A stretch of DNA of 64,000 nt, taken from positions 46,128,001 through 46,192,000 of the forward strand of contig OZ024744.1 in assembly GCA_964016885.1 (NCBI GenBank). The letters run 5' to 3'. The notes below the pieces were generated by a model. The model did not search any database. It saw only the letters and a program-made list of their open reading frames with translations, and had not been told where the DNA came from. Source of the DNA: Eledone cirrhosa (lineage: Eukaryota). A program made the translations under genes and the position numbers. Shown piece by piece: positions 1 to 12,524 of the stretch (its first letter is position 1; each line of letters starts with the position of its first letter).

Positions 1-421
1 AAATAAATTCAGAATCCACCCCGCCCAGAAGAAAAGCGAAGCAAGAAATACTGAAACGAAAAAATAAGGCATAAGTGCCACTAAGAAATATAGAGGGCAC
101 AGAGAATAGTGGGAGCGGTCGGAAAAAGGGGGCAAGTATCCGGGGTCTAAGCCAACTGCTATAAAGGGCGGAGTCCGCCAAATCTATCATAGACTAGGGG
201 AGGGGGTGGTGGGGGTACTAAGGCTACATGGGGCCAAAGGGCAGCCTCGGGTGGGCGAGAAAAGACGCCGACAAAGGAGAAGAGCTGGGGTAGAAGGACT
301 AAGGAGAGGGGGGGGAGGAAGGAAATAAAGGAAGCGATAAAAGAATACAAAGAAGATCTTACGTCTTCCTTGGCAAGCAGGGGTTACCCATTGCAAAATC
401 GGCAAGTGGGGTGTTATAGCC

Positions 422-1826
422 CTAGTCTACCCCCCCCGGGTCATTATGGGGTTTGAGGGCGAGGTAAGTCTTACGCAATCTATGTTTACATGCAGTGACC
501 AGTTCATCTTTCTTGTTTAGGAGTTGGTCCGTCGAAAACAGCATTTGTAAAGTTTCCTCCGAGCATAAATTGCACGGACGGCGTCCTCCCGTGTAAGAAT
601 TGGCTCTGGACAGTAATCTCCAAGTGAGATCATAGGTGATGTTGTTGTCCTTGAGGTCCCATATGTGGCCCGAAAGTGTAGTGGCGTGACGCCGGGCCGG
701 GTTTCGGAAGGTATGTCTATGTTGGTATAGCCGGGTCTTGAAGTCGCATGCGGTCAATCCTATATAAGCTTTGTTGGAGGTGTCCGTGCTCACGTTACAC
801 TGGTAGATAACATTACGGTCTCTGCATCTGTTGTCGAGGGGGCAACTTGATCTATCAGGACAGTTGCACCTCCTGGTCGGCTCTCCACTGCTATTTGGGT
901 TGTTTCTTCCATCGGGGTTGAGTTTTTTGTTGTTGGAGGAGACGATGTTTTGTGCGAAGTTAGGTGTAAGAGAGTTTGATGGTATTTTTATTAATTATGT
1001 TGTGGTAGCGGTGTTGTGGTGGGAAGTGTTTTTCCATGAGCCTAAAGAAAATATTCCCGATGGGAGTTATCACCTCGGCGTTGTGGGGACGATTGAACCA
1101 TGTTACATTTCGTGAGCGGCGGTGTCGCCTGCTGGTTCCGCTAATGGGAGCTGGACAGTAGGATATTTCCTCCCGGAAACCACTCCGCTTGAGGGCCTGG
1201 TTGTAGTAAGGCGCGTGTTCATCGAATATCCTCTCATTAGCTGACAAACGGGATATACGGAGGGAGATGTTTTTGACCAGGTTATTGGTGATGTTCCTGG
1301 GATGGTTAGATCGGCGGTGGATGTAGTGCAGATTGTCATTGGGTTTCCTGTGTGGGTAGTACAGGTCATTGTTGAGATCGAGGGTAACGTCCAGGAAATT
1401 AACTCGGGTCAGGGACGTCTTTAGGGTTATTTTAAATCCCCAGTCGCGGAAGAAGCTGATTAATTGTTTACGGACCCGGTCTGTACTACTGGGGTTGTAC
1501 CCTTTAAGGGTAAGGAGCCCATCATCACGGTACAATCCACCACCAAAAGCCGGAAACATATCGGTGAGTTTGGCTATCAGGAATAATCCTATAAGATCTG
1601 TGACCTCCGCCGAGTCGGTAACGCCCATGCTGACGTCGAAGGGTGAGTCGGGAGCTCTTTTTATCCATTTGGAGTTGTCAAAGAGTAAGACTGTCTTCCT
1701 GGCGTGGAGGATGATTTTTCTTTCCTGGTCGGTGATGGGCACAAGTGCTTCGGCGAAGTCCAAGGTGGCAGTGAGTAGCGGTAAGGTGATTGAAGCGTAG
1801 TAGCTCTCTATGTCGAACTGGATAAA
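422..1826 (-). pseudogene. PLE polyprotein remnant: RT, CxCx5C linker, GIY-YIG endonuclease
   Basis: Motifs FIQFDIESYYASIT, MGVTDSAEVTDL, GGLYRDDGL, VNFLDVTLD, RNVTWFN, CNCPDRSSCPLDNRC, VIYQC...YIGLT...FKTRLYQH, CNLCSEE; frameshift near 960. Confidence 0.92.
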
Positions 1827-2161
1827 TTATTTACTTATTTATGTATTTCTTCAGCTTATTTCTTAGTAACCAGATTCCGCTTATATTTCTTTTCTCTCTC
1901 AGTACCTTTTACAGTTTTACATTTTCATCGTTCTACTTACCGTATTGACCTCCTCCCCCTCCTCTCCCCTGCCTCCTCTTTGACCTCACACCTAGCTGTA
2001 GCTGGTACCACCAACGCATGAATGGGTCTACTCCGCCCCCTCTCCCCTTTTCTCCTACTGGAAGGTTTGGCTACCTCCCCCACCAACTTGCCATCGCTGA
2101 ATTACTACTACCTTGTGGGATGACCAATCCTGTGATTATCTCTTTGACCATATATGGAATT

Positions 2162-2256
2162 GCCCCTTGACAAGTTCGGCTATTTAAATACCAGAACTGA
2201 TTTTTCATTCAGTACAGAATTAGCCGTCGAAACGGCTTGAGCTCAGCCGTCGGGGT
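2162..2256 (+). ncRNA. Degenerate type I hammerhead ribozyme
   Basis: GCCCC-[TTGACAA, for CTGANGA]-GTTCGGCTA..TAGCCGTC-GAAA-CGGCT(TGAGCTC)AGCCG-TC-GGGGT; all three stems and the GUC site present, two core substitutions. Confidence 0.6.
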
Positions 2257-2266
2257 CTTACTTACT

Positions 2267-2295
<29 letters not shown>

Positions 2296-2305
<10 letters not shown>

Positions 2306-2470
2306 AGGGTAGGATAACCTGATGAGCTGGCTCCTGTGGTGGATACCTAAACATCTCTCCACTAGATGCGTTCCTTCGTCATCTCTTCCAGTTTTAGCGA
2401 TTTGAGTTTGGCTTTCACAACATTTGCCCCTGACTTTCTTGGTCGTCCTTTACTGTGGTTTCCTTCCTTC
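2296..2470. mobile_element. Two short RTE LINE 3' fragments in opposite orientation
   Basis: 2296-2355 reads CY*G*DNLMSWLLWWIPKH on +; 2352-2470 resembles the RTE 3' end at 8060-8190 on -. Confidence 0.55.
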
Positions 2471-3147
2471 CATAGTTTCTGTAGGGTGGGGCTGAATCAC
2501 AGATCAGACTGGAATATAGTGTCTGTCCCTTTCCCTCTCCCATTAGTTACATTGCTTGATTCCTTTTTCTTCTTTTCGTTTCCATTTCTTAAATATTTTA
2601 TTACCTTTAATAATGTATTTTGGTTTAATATGAACAGTTATATAAAATTCCGAATGTTATTTACACAAATCTGAATAAAGAACTAGCATATTGATTGAAC
2701 ATGTGAATTAATATAACTGAAGTTGTTTCTGAATGTATTAAATTATGTAGGGGACTTTTAAGTCACGTCACCATCCGGAAAAGGAAACACTGTCAACGAC
2801 ACCACGTACCTGCCATCTTAATTATAACTTTAATTAATCTAATTATATTTTATGTAGTAATTATCTCATGTTAAAGTGAAAGTTAATATTTTGTAGATAA
2901 CATAGGGTGAGCTTCATGTTTCAAGGTAGGTGTTGCTACATGATTAAATATTTCATTTCATGTGAGAAATCTTTTACAGATAGTTTGGATAGCCCACTTG
3001 AGGAAGGTGTCCCACGAGGTGGGGTGGATGTTGTAATAGGTGACTCTGGCTATTCTCTGTGGTAACACCTTTGCCATTTTGTCTGTAGGGTGGGGCTGAA
3101 TCACAGCTCAGACTGAATATAAAGTCTGTCCCTCTCCCATTATTTTC

Positions 3148-3335
3148 GTTGGATTGACAGTATCGGTAAGCGTCGGACGCCATGCTTTGTAGCATAGAGT
3201 TACCTCCCTTTATGATCTGAGTTCAAATCCCGCCAGGGTTAACTTTGTCTTTCATCCTTACGAGGTCGATAAAATAAAGTACCAGTAATACACTGGAATA
3301 ATTGCTGGCCTTGTGCCTAAAACAGAAACAATTAT
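3148..3335 (+). mobile_element. tRNA-derived SINE (family repeated many times in the window)
   Basis: B-box-like GAGTTCAAATCC followed by core AACTTTGTCTTTCATCCTTACGAGGTCGATAAAATAAAGTACCAGT; further copies near 6340-6660, 13880-14245, 20098-20465, 44335-44555, 47290-47755, 53460-53780, 54548-54730, 57720-58056, 58990-59157, 59815-59997, 60792-61150. Confidence 0.8.
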
Positions 3336-3435
3336 TTCCTTTGTTTGGTTTTTTTTTTCTTTTTCCATTTCTTAACTATTTTATTACCTTTAATAATGTG
3401 TTTTGGTTTAATATGAACAGTTATATGAAATTAAT

Positions 3436-3617
3436 AATTGTTTCTATTTTAGGCACAAGGCCAGCAATTACCAGTACATTATGGTACTTTATTTTATCGA
3501 CCCCGTAAGGATGAAAGGCAAAGTTAACTTCGGCCGGATTTGAACTCAGATCGTAAAGGGACGTAACTATGCTGGAAAGCATGGCGGCCGACCCTCCACC
3601 GATACTGCCAATCCACA
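3436..3617 (-). mobile_element. tRNA-derived SINE, same family, inverted relative to 3148-3335
   Basis: Reverse complement of the same core; near-identical to 59815-59997. Confidence 0.8.
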
Positions 3618-4302
3618 ATGAATGAATATTACATAATTTATCGATTAAATTTTGTGGCTGTTGATTAAATATATTTTGTTTATTTAAAGATTCACTTCTT
3701 TAAAATTTCTGAAATGTTAACACTTCCGGTTGGCCATCGCTTCAATAAACATACTAATTTTCATGTTGAATGTATTAAATTATCTAGGGGACTTTTAAGT
3801 CATGGCACCGGTGTGAACTAGACAGTGGAAAGTTATCTACAATGGCTCCATCGTTATAACTTATATCCACATTTATGTTTAACAAAATACTTCTTTGGAT
3901 TTGCATTTCTTAAATATGTTATTACCTTTAATATTGTGTTTTGTTTTAATATGAACAACTATGTAAAATTAATAATGTTATTTATACAAATCTGAATAAA
4001 GAACTAACATATAGATTGAAGGTGTGAAGTAATATAACGGAAGTTGTTTCTGAATGTATTAAATTATGTAGGGGACTTATAAGTCATGACACCGGTGTCA
4101 ACTATACAGTGAAATATTACCATTTATATCAGCTCCATTGTTACAACTTAAACCTCATCTAATTTTATCTTTTATGGTGATTATTTCATATTAAAGTGGA
4201 CGTTAATGTTTGTAAATAACATAAGGTGACTTATTTACCTTATAGTTGTTGTTTTATCACCTGTAGTATTAAATATTGAAGTGGTTGGTCAACATTTTAC
4301 AG

Positions 4303-4391
4303 GACAGGAAAATATTATTTTAATCAGAAATCAGTGAACATTTAGTTTTTACTAACTTTTCTTGACTTTATATTTGGTCTTGAAAACTAAA
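4303..4391 (+). other. Putative 89-nt non-coding 5' exon of ZNF copy 1
   Basis: TTTTACAG acceptor and GTACGT donor; the same 89-nt block lies upstream of copy 2 (11581-11669 -) and copy 3 (16543-16631 -), and in altered form upstream of copy 4 (about 46464-46541 -). Confidence 0.45.
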
Positions 4392-4917
4392 GTACGTATT
4401 ATTTCCATCACAACACAAACATTGTGAACTTTTCTATCTGAAGTGAAATATCTTGAATTATTACAACACTATTTTATTATACATTTCATTGTTTACAGAA
4501 TGAAAATATAAACACCTATAATACAATTAATACTTCATAGTTGCACAAACAACATTACAAATCGATTGCAATTCCTTCAGAATGAAAATATAAACGGAGC
4601 ATATAAATAAATTTACAGAATAACATAACAAATATGTTTTAAATATATACATAAACTTACACACATATTTCTACACACACGCACGTCTATTTATTCCTCT
4701 CTCTCATACCTACACACGGTATGTCTGTATATATATATGTATATATATTAACCTTCATCTTTTGAAATTATGGATATTAATTCTCTTGTCACCTGAACTG
4801 TCCTCAATAACAAGAACCTTAACTATAGAAGACTTTTTCGTCTGTTTTATGAGCTGAGGATTTTATTATGAATAGAGCTTCTCTCACCTCAACAAACAAA
4901 AAACAAACAACACACAC

Positions 4918-4966
<49 letters not shown>

Positions 4967-5057
4967 AGCACTTGCTTTTTCTTCTTCCAAGATCTGTCTT
5001 ACGCTGTCATATATATTATTACTTTACTAACTGAATGCTACATTTCTTAATATATGA

Positions 5058-5399
5058 GTGTCTGAATATAGCTGTGAGATTTGCAGGAAAACTTTCTCTT
5101 CAAAACTGAAACAATCCTCACACGAGAAAATACACAGTAGAGAAAAATCCTTCCATTGTGAAATATGTGGTAAATCTTTTTATCATAGTTCTCCTCTTGT
5201 ACATCACAAAAGAACACAAACTGGTGAAAAACCCTTTCATTGTGAAATATGTGGGAAATCTTTTTCTCAGAGTTCTAATCTTGTAGATCACAAAAGAATA
5301 CATACTGGTGAAAAATCTTATTCATGTGAAATATGTAGGAAATCTTCCACTCAGAATTCGTCACTGGTTGTTCACCTACGTAGTCAACACTTGCGGTAA
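5058..5399 (+). pseudogene. C2H2 zinc-finger gene copy 1 (4 fingers), in-frame ATG lost
   Basis: CEICGKSF...H..H with TGEKP-type linkers; frame opens at GTG because of a deletion relative to copy 4; finger 2 second His changed to Gln. Confidence 0.85.
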
Positions 5400-5544
5400 A
5401 CCCCATCACTGTGAAAAACACGAATATATAGACACACTTTGGAAGGACAAATATAAAATGTGAAGCTTGAGGAATCTTATACATCTCAACATACATGTTG
5501 TGTGTATATATATATTTATTATTTTTATTTTTTAATACATTACT

Positions 5545-5830
5545 CAAATGGAAGAAATATACTGACATATATCAAAGATTAGCACAATAACTAGGTAGCG
5601 GAGGACAAGATATGCTGGACATTGCTACTGCGGGTAGGATGAGCTGGCTATTGTTGTAGATACCTAAACATTGTAAGACCCTAGTGGGATGTCTGAGATT
5701 GACCTACATAGATCAGATGTCTCAGGATGTCCAGCTGGAGATTAATGATATCAGGAATGCCACGGAAGATCGTGATATCTAAAAAAGAAGAGTAGAATTG
5801 TTCTGGCCAATCCACCTGACCTAATAAATC
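5545..5830 (+). mobile_element. Ancient RTE LINE 3' fragment in the ZNF 3' flank
   Basis: Across frameshifts reads RRTRYAGHCY...LTYIDQMSQDVQLEINDIRNATEDRDI, typical of an RTE C-terminus; AATAAA at 5823; paralogs at about 8715-9000, 14875-15160, 45185-45470 (-). Confidence 0.65.
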
Positions 5831-7329
5831 TATACTATAATACAGTAAGAAGCGCCGGCCTGGGTACGGTTTATAATTTTTTATCCCATTAGTAAAATAA
5901 GTTGGCTTACTTTGAATAAATAATGAATGAATATCACATAATTTATCTACTAAATTTCGTGGCTGTTGAATAAATATATTCTGTTTATTTAAAGATTCAT
6001 TTCTTTAAAATTTCTGAAATGTCAACACTTCTGGTTGGACATCGCTTAAATAAACATTCATGTATTTCTGTCACTAATTTTCTCCTAATGCAGTTTATAT
6101 ATAATATTGTCTTTTTTAATGTACCATGGATTATGTTAGTGATTAAATAAGACAGTGTAACGCAGCCTTCGTTCAATTTCTATGTATTATATATTATCAA
6201 TTATGATTATATTTGATGTATCATATCTACATGTATCTACGTATCTACCTGCGGATAAATACACCATGTAGAAAGTTCTACTTCATTTTATTTGTCATTA
6301 AGTTTTCTTTTAGAAACACAATCTTATCTTATTGATGAGGGTGGTGGGTTCGCAGAATCTGTAGAGCGTCAGACAACATTCTTTGTGTCATATAGTTACA
6401 GCCCTTTATGTTCTAGGATTAAAAAAGTACCAGTAACGCACTGGGGTTAATTTAATTGGCATTCCTCTTTCTCTTCCAATTGCTGGGGTTGATTTAAAAG
6501 TAGAAACATTTATTTAAAGTCTATAAAACAATGGATAGAATGCTTTCTGCCATATTTGTTCTGGTTCTCTGCTCTGAGTTTAAACCCTGCTGAGGTCAAC
6601 TTTGCCTTTCATCCATTCAAGGTTGATAACAAAAAAGTACCTGTCTACCATAGGCGTCTGTTCTTCGTCTCTATATTTCTTTCTCACTTCCTCTATCTCC
6701 TTCTCTCTCCTTCTCTTGAAGAAATCATCTGTTCCAACCTGGTGAGTGAAGGGCTCCACCAAGCTTCAAATGTCCACAGTGACACCCCCTATGACTCCAT
6801 TAGTGCAAAAAAAACAAAAAAAACAAGATTGATGTGTTTATATGTGTTTATTTTACAAACACTAACTGGTTTATATTTATATTTATGACAAAATATCCAT
6901 ATTTATGTGTAAATAAATACAATTTTATAAATTCAATATTTGTTAATGGTACTTTCATGACAGTTCAAATTATGACGTTTTTTTAGAAATAATTCACATT
7001 TGAAAATAATTTACAATTTTCTTCTCTTGCCAAACAAAGGTTTGGTAGGACCCTTCATTTCTGTCAAAGACATAACAATCTCTTTAGTACTGGTGCCACA
7101 ATAAAATACACTCAGTAGAATGTGGGACCATATGTAAGAGAGATGTGGTCTCCCACTGCACCCTGGTTTGTAAAGACATGTCCCACCCTTGCTAGCGGAG
7201 AATGTAGACATTAAATGATGATCTATGATGTCATTGGTGCCAAGCTGTTTCAGCTATTCCCTTGGACAACATTATATATAATGTGTATGTAGTATATATA
7301 TAGCTTATATATTGTCTATATGTAACATA

Positions 7330-8012
7330 TACTCTGTATATGCAGTATTTATATATAGCGTATATTTTGTGTATATGGAGCACATACACTATATACATAG
7401 TATTTATATGTGTATATATAGTGTATATATTGTGTATATGTAGCACGTACACTATATACATAGTATTTATATGTATATATAGAGTGTATATATTGTGTAT
7501 ATGTAGCACCTACCCTATATACATAGTATTTATATGTTTATATATAGTGTATAAATTGTGTATATGTGCTACATACACTATACACATAGTATTTATATAT
7601 ATATGTATAGTGTATATATTGTGTATATGTAGCACCTACACTATATACATAGTATGTATATGTTTATATATAGTGTATATATTGTGTATATGTGCTAGAT
7701 ACACTATATACATAGTATTTATATATATATATATGTATAGTGTATATATTGTGTATATGTAGCACATACACTATATACATAACATTTATATCTATATATA
7801 TTGTATATATGTGGCACATACATTATATACATAGTATTTATATATATATAGTGTATATTTTGTGTATATGTAGCACATACACTATATACATATTATTTTT
7901 ATATATATATAGTGTATATATTGTGTATATGTAGCACTTACACTATATACATATTATTTATATATATAAATATATATAGTGTATATAAGTATATATAGTG
8001 TATATTTTGTGT
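7330..8012. repeat. AT-rich minisatellite, unit about 62 bp, about 11 copies
   Basis: Recurring ATAGTGTATATATTGTGTATATGTAGCACATACACTATATACATAGTATTTATAT. Confidence 0.9.
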
Positions 8013-8580
8013 ATCATCATTACATCTACTATTCCATGCTTGGATGGGTCCTTCTTAGTACGGCATCTCTCCACTAGATGCAATCTTTCGTCATCTCTTC
8101 CAGTCTTCACGATTTGAGTTAAGCTCTCACAACATTTGTCCCTGACTTTCTTGGTCGTCCTCTACTGCAGCTTCCTTCCACTAGGATTTCCTCAGCTAGT
8201 ACAAGCTCTGTATTTCTCTCACATATACGTTGCAGATACAACAAAACATGGTCGCTTCATTTTTCTCCAGTCTAATCGCATCATCTGCAGTCACAGCCCA
8301 TGTTTCTCTATCATGCAGTATTGTGCACTTCACACAGGCTTCATATACCCTTCCTTTTGTGTCTAGGGAGAAACTTTATGTTATCAGCAGTAGTTCACTA
8401 AACTTCCATCCTATCCTTATTCACGCCATCATAAGGATATGTAGACTGGAGAGAAATGAAGCAACCATGCTTTGTAGGATATGTTATGTAAGTGTGAGAG
8501 AAAGGCAGAGCTTGGACAAGTTGAAGAAGAAGCTGGGTTTAAGAGTAATCTGACGTGGTGTGTAAGAGAGAAGACTGTAT
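8013..8580. mobile_element. RTE LINE 3' fragment (-) with an adjoining inverted segment (+, 8430-8580)
   Basis: (CAT)n tail at 8013; LERNEATM motif present on both strands (8195-8275 versus 8440-8520). Confidence 0.75.
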
Positions 8581-9031
8581 TTGCACGAAATTTAGTAGAT
8601 AAATTATGTAATATACATTCATTACTTATTCAAAGTAATGCAACTTATTTTACTAATGGGATAAAATATTATAAACTATACGCAGTCCCGCGCTTCTTAC
8701 TTTATTATAGTTTAGATTTATTAGGTCAGGTGGATTGGCCAGAACAATTCTACTCTTCTTTTTTAGATGTTACGATCTTCCCTGGCATTCCTGAGATCAT
8801 TAATCTCCAGCTGGACATCCTGAGACATCTGATCTGTGCAGGTCAATCTCAGTCATCCCACTAGGGTCTTACAATGTTTATGTATCCACAACAATAACCA
8901 GCTCATCCTACCCTCAGTAGTAATGTCCAGCATATCTTGTCCTCCGCTCCCTAGTTATTGTGGTAATCTTTGATATATGTCAGTATATTTCTTCCCTTTG
9001 GGTAATGTATTAAAAAATAAAAATAATAATA

Positions 9032-10445
9032 TATCATCATCATCATCATCTTTGTTTAATGTCCATTTTCCATGCTAGCATGGGTTAGAGGGGAGTTGAC
9101 CCACTTGAGGCAAGGTTGGTCGGGTGACGGTGTCTCGCTCATATAGGACTATCTGACCTGGTTTTCTATGGCTGGATGCCCTTCCTAACACCAACCACAT
9201 TTACAGTGTGGAACTGGGAACTTTTTACCGTGTTACCTACGCGGCCACATTACAATTTTCCCGTGACACCTTCACGATCTCGGTCTCATTATCTCATTTA
9301 TTTCGACTGGATGTTGTGGTACCAACTTTACAGAGAGTGGGTGGTGTTGGTGGGAGTGAGAAGATAGGGTAGGGGTAGTGGATTGGGGGTGTATATTTGG
9401 TTAAGAGGTGCCTACTGACTGTAGGTTTCGCTTTGTACATAGGCAAGGCGTGTCTTCTGTATTACTGCGTAGCATCAAAGATCTCAGTCCAGTGACATTG
9501 TCTTAGAGGTCCAAGTGTGTAAGGTCGGAATTTATCAAGTCGTCCCAGGTTTTTCTGGGTCCACCTACTCCGTAACTACCATCAATTTAGATCGCCCTGC
9601 ACGTTTTTATACAACTGTCGTCTTTCATGCGCATCACGTGGCCATACCAACGTAGTCTTCTCTCGAGTAAACAGCATCTGATCCCTCTTATTCCTAATTT
9701 CTCACTTAGTTCATTTATGCTTTGCCGTTCACGTATATTACTATTACACATCCAACAGAGCATGCACGCTTCGTTCCTTTCCAGTCTACGCAGGTCCTCT
9801 GTACGTAATGCCCATGTCTCACTGCCATGTAGAATTACTGTTCGTATACAGGCATCATACAATCTGCCTTTCATTTTTAGAGAGAACTCTTTAGCGGCCA
9901 ATAGTGGTATAAGCACTCTGAACTTTTTCCATCCCGTTTTGACTCTGGCTACTGTACCTTCAGAACACCCTCCACCACTGCTGATTTCGTCACCCAGGTA
10001 ACGGAAAGTGTCTACTATTTCTATAGAACCATCTGGGCAATAGAAGGGGCTAGTATCCTGTGGACACCTGCTACCTATTGCACCTGAGCATCTGCCACAT
10101 ATAAACTCTACGTTCTTAGATAGTTTACCTGTGATCCCACTACATCTTTTATGTACCCATACTTTGCATTTGGACATAAAATGGAATTTCTGCCTACTCC
10201 TTTCCTACACACTGAACATGGCCATTTCCCTGAGGGTACCTTTCCTTCTTTTCCTTTCTACAAACTAGGACTTTAGTCTTAGACAAGTTAACTTTAAGGC
10301 CTTTTGATTCTAGGCCATGCTTTCATCTTTGGAATTTCTTCTCTAGTTCAGCCATTGATTCAGCTATGAGCGTTAGATCATCTGTATATGGGCAGCCGGT
10401 CTTGAACTCCTCTGTTATAGCCTGAAGGGCAATAATAAATAGGAG
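9032..10445 (-). mobile_element. 5'-truncated RTE LINE inserted into the 3' flank of ZNF copy 2
   Basis: YTDDL, FRYLGD, ILHGSETW, RRLRWYGHVMRM; (GAT)n tail at 9032-9050; same subfamily as 55505-56915. Confidence 0.9.
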
Positions 10446-10446
10446 A

Positions 10447-10481
<35 letters not shown>

Positions 10482-10593
10482 TACCCAACATATATGTTGA
10501 GATGTATAAGATTTCTCAAGCTTCATATTTTATATTCTGCCTTCCAAGGTGTGTCTATATATTTGTGTTTTTCATATTTCACAGTGAAGGGGT

Positions 10594-11175
10594 TTACCGC
10601 AAGTGTTGACTACGTAGGTGAACAAACATTGACGAATTCTTATTGAGAGATTTACCACATATTTCACATGATTAAGGTTTTTCACCAGTATGTATACTTT
10701 TGTGATATACAAGAGTAAAATTACGAAAAAAAGATTTCCCACATATTTCACAATGGAAGGGGCTTTCACCAGTTTGTATTCTTTTGTGAAGTTCAAGATG
10801 AGAACTCTGAGAAAAAGATTTCCCACATATTTCACATGAATAAGGTTTTTCTCCTCTGTGCTTTACAAGATGGTACTTCTGGGTGAAAGATTTCCCACAT
10901 ATTTCACAATGGAAGAGTTTTTTTACAGTGTGACTCCGTATGTGGATGACAATAGCAGAAATATTAATGAAAGATTTGCCACATATTTCACAGTGGAAGG
11001 TTTTTTTTCCAGTGTGATTCTGTATGTGGACGACAATATTAGAATTATCAGTAAAAGATTTACCACATATTTCACAGTTGAAGAGTTTTTCTCTACTGTG
11101 TAATTTGTCGTGTAAGGTTAGATACAGTTTTGAAGGGAAAGTTTTCCTGCGAATCTCACAGCTATATTCAGACAT
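10594..11175 (-). pseudogene. C2H2 zinc-finger gene copy 2 (7 finger units, several broken, premature TAA at 10672)
   Basis: [10 protein letters not shown] (Cys lost), finger 4 shortened, finger 5 His to Gln; the frame continues past the stop to the shared HLRSQHLR* end at 10594. Confidence 0.88.
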
Positions 11176-11830
11176 ATTTCAAGCTAGTGATCTTTACATA
11201 AAGGATTCTCACAACTTTTACTCTTATTAAGAAATGTAGATATCGTTAATAGATACTATGTAGTCTAATATACAAAGGGTCCATAAAAGACGGCAGAACT
11301 CCGCTTTCTTCTTCTACAAAGTTGTAATGTAGAATTTGGTTGGTACAAGTAATAAGACATATGACAGCTCAAGACTGATTTTCGACGAAGAAAATTCAAG
11401 CGTATATTATATAATTCAATCAGAGAGAGAGAGAGAGCGAGGGGGGGGGGGGGGTTAGAGAGAGACATGTGTGTGTGTGTAGAAATATGTGTGTAGGTGT
11501 TGTAATAAATCAAGATATTTCACTTCAGATTGAAAAGTTCACAATGTTTGTGTTGTGATGGAAAACGAAATAATACGTACTTTAGTTTTCAAGACCAAAT
11601 ATAAAGTCAAGAAAAGTTAGTAAAAACTAAATGTTCACTGATTTCTGATTAAAATAATATTTTCCTGTCCTGTAAAATGTTGACCAACCACTTCATGATG
11701 TTGGGGCTTTTTTATGATGTAATGAAATATTTAATAATACAGGTGATAAAACAACTATAAGGTAAATAAGTCACCTTATGTTATTTATAAACATTAACCT
11801 TCACCTTAATATGAAATAATCACCATAAAA

Positions 11831-12300
11831 GAGGAAGCGAGGGCATCGGCTATCGGCACCCAGGCTGCTCTCTCATCCTGAGTGGGATCTTCCGGCGCTG
11901 CCTGAGCCAAGTGATGTTGACCAGTGAGGCTTGGGCGTCAGGCAAGCTCGCTGTCTCATCTGGTGGTGTGCTAGATGGCCGTGGCTGGGCAGACGAGGCA
12001 AAGAGACAGTTTCATCTTCTCCATGCTGCGAGGGCACTGGAGGCTTGACGTGTCAAGCCAACACAGGTAAGGTGGTGGAAGCAGCCGCACCAGAAACAGT
12101 TCCGGCCCCTCTTCCGTCTATTCGTGGTGCTACAGGTGTCAACTGCAGGGGATGGGGGATTGGGGGGGTGGGCATCAGGAATGTGTGGCTGGTTGTCACC
12201 AGCGTAGGTGCTAGGCACAATTGTGTGGGTGGAAGGGAAAGTGCTGATATGAGGGCCTCATAGCTCACCTACATCAGATATGGAGACATCAGAAGACAAG
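11831..12300 (-). mobile_element. Possible 5' fragment of a CRE/NeSL-type non-LTR retrotransposon with a degenerate PHD-like finger
   Basis: GC-rich island; RNCFWCGCFHHLTCVGLTRQASSALAAW, then LRQRRKIPLR...VPIADALAS; family assignment is from recalled motifs only. Confidence 0.4.
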
Positions 12301-12524
12301 AGAGAAAAGAAGGGGGTGCATGGATGGGGGAAGGGGATACAAGACGGTAGAATGTTAGCAAATAAATAAATGAATGAAAGGATGAATGTACAAAAAAAGA
12401 AAACAGGGTGTTGTTTCCAGCGGGAAGACCCAGAGTTCAGCACGCACACATGCGAGCATGTTAGCAGTTTCTCATAGAACCTTGTGGCTAAAGGTGAGTC
12501 TTTCAATCCTGAAAACATATGTGT

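Larger units (their letters stand above)
1..2268 (-). mobile_element. Penelope-like retroelement (Naiad-like), 5'-truncated, with a probable inverted pLTR segment at 1827-2268; 3' region runs off the window start
   Basis: Minus-strand RT and GIY-YIG coding region (next feature), a pyrimidine-rich 3' region, and an oppositely oriented non-coding block carrying an HHR remnant that abuts the truncation point and ends in (TA)n. Confidence 0.85.

Noticed and set aside
2319-2335. CTGATGAG-CTGG-CTC as a hammerhead core
   Set aside because: No GAAA follows the hairpin; the sequence is part of an RTE coding remnant
10572-11230. Antisense and alternative-frame ORFs over the ZNF genes (also 5118-5303, 15587-15956, 45603-46006)
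   Set aside because: By-products of the 84-bp finger periodicity with no independent protein signature
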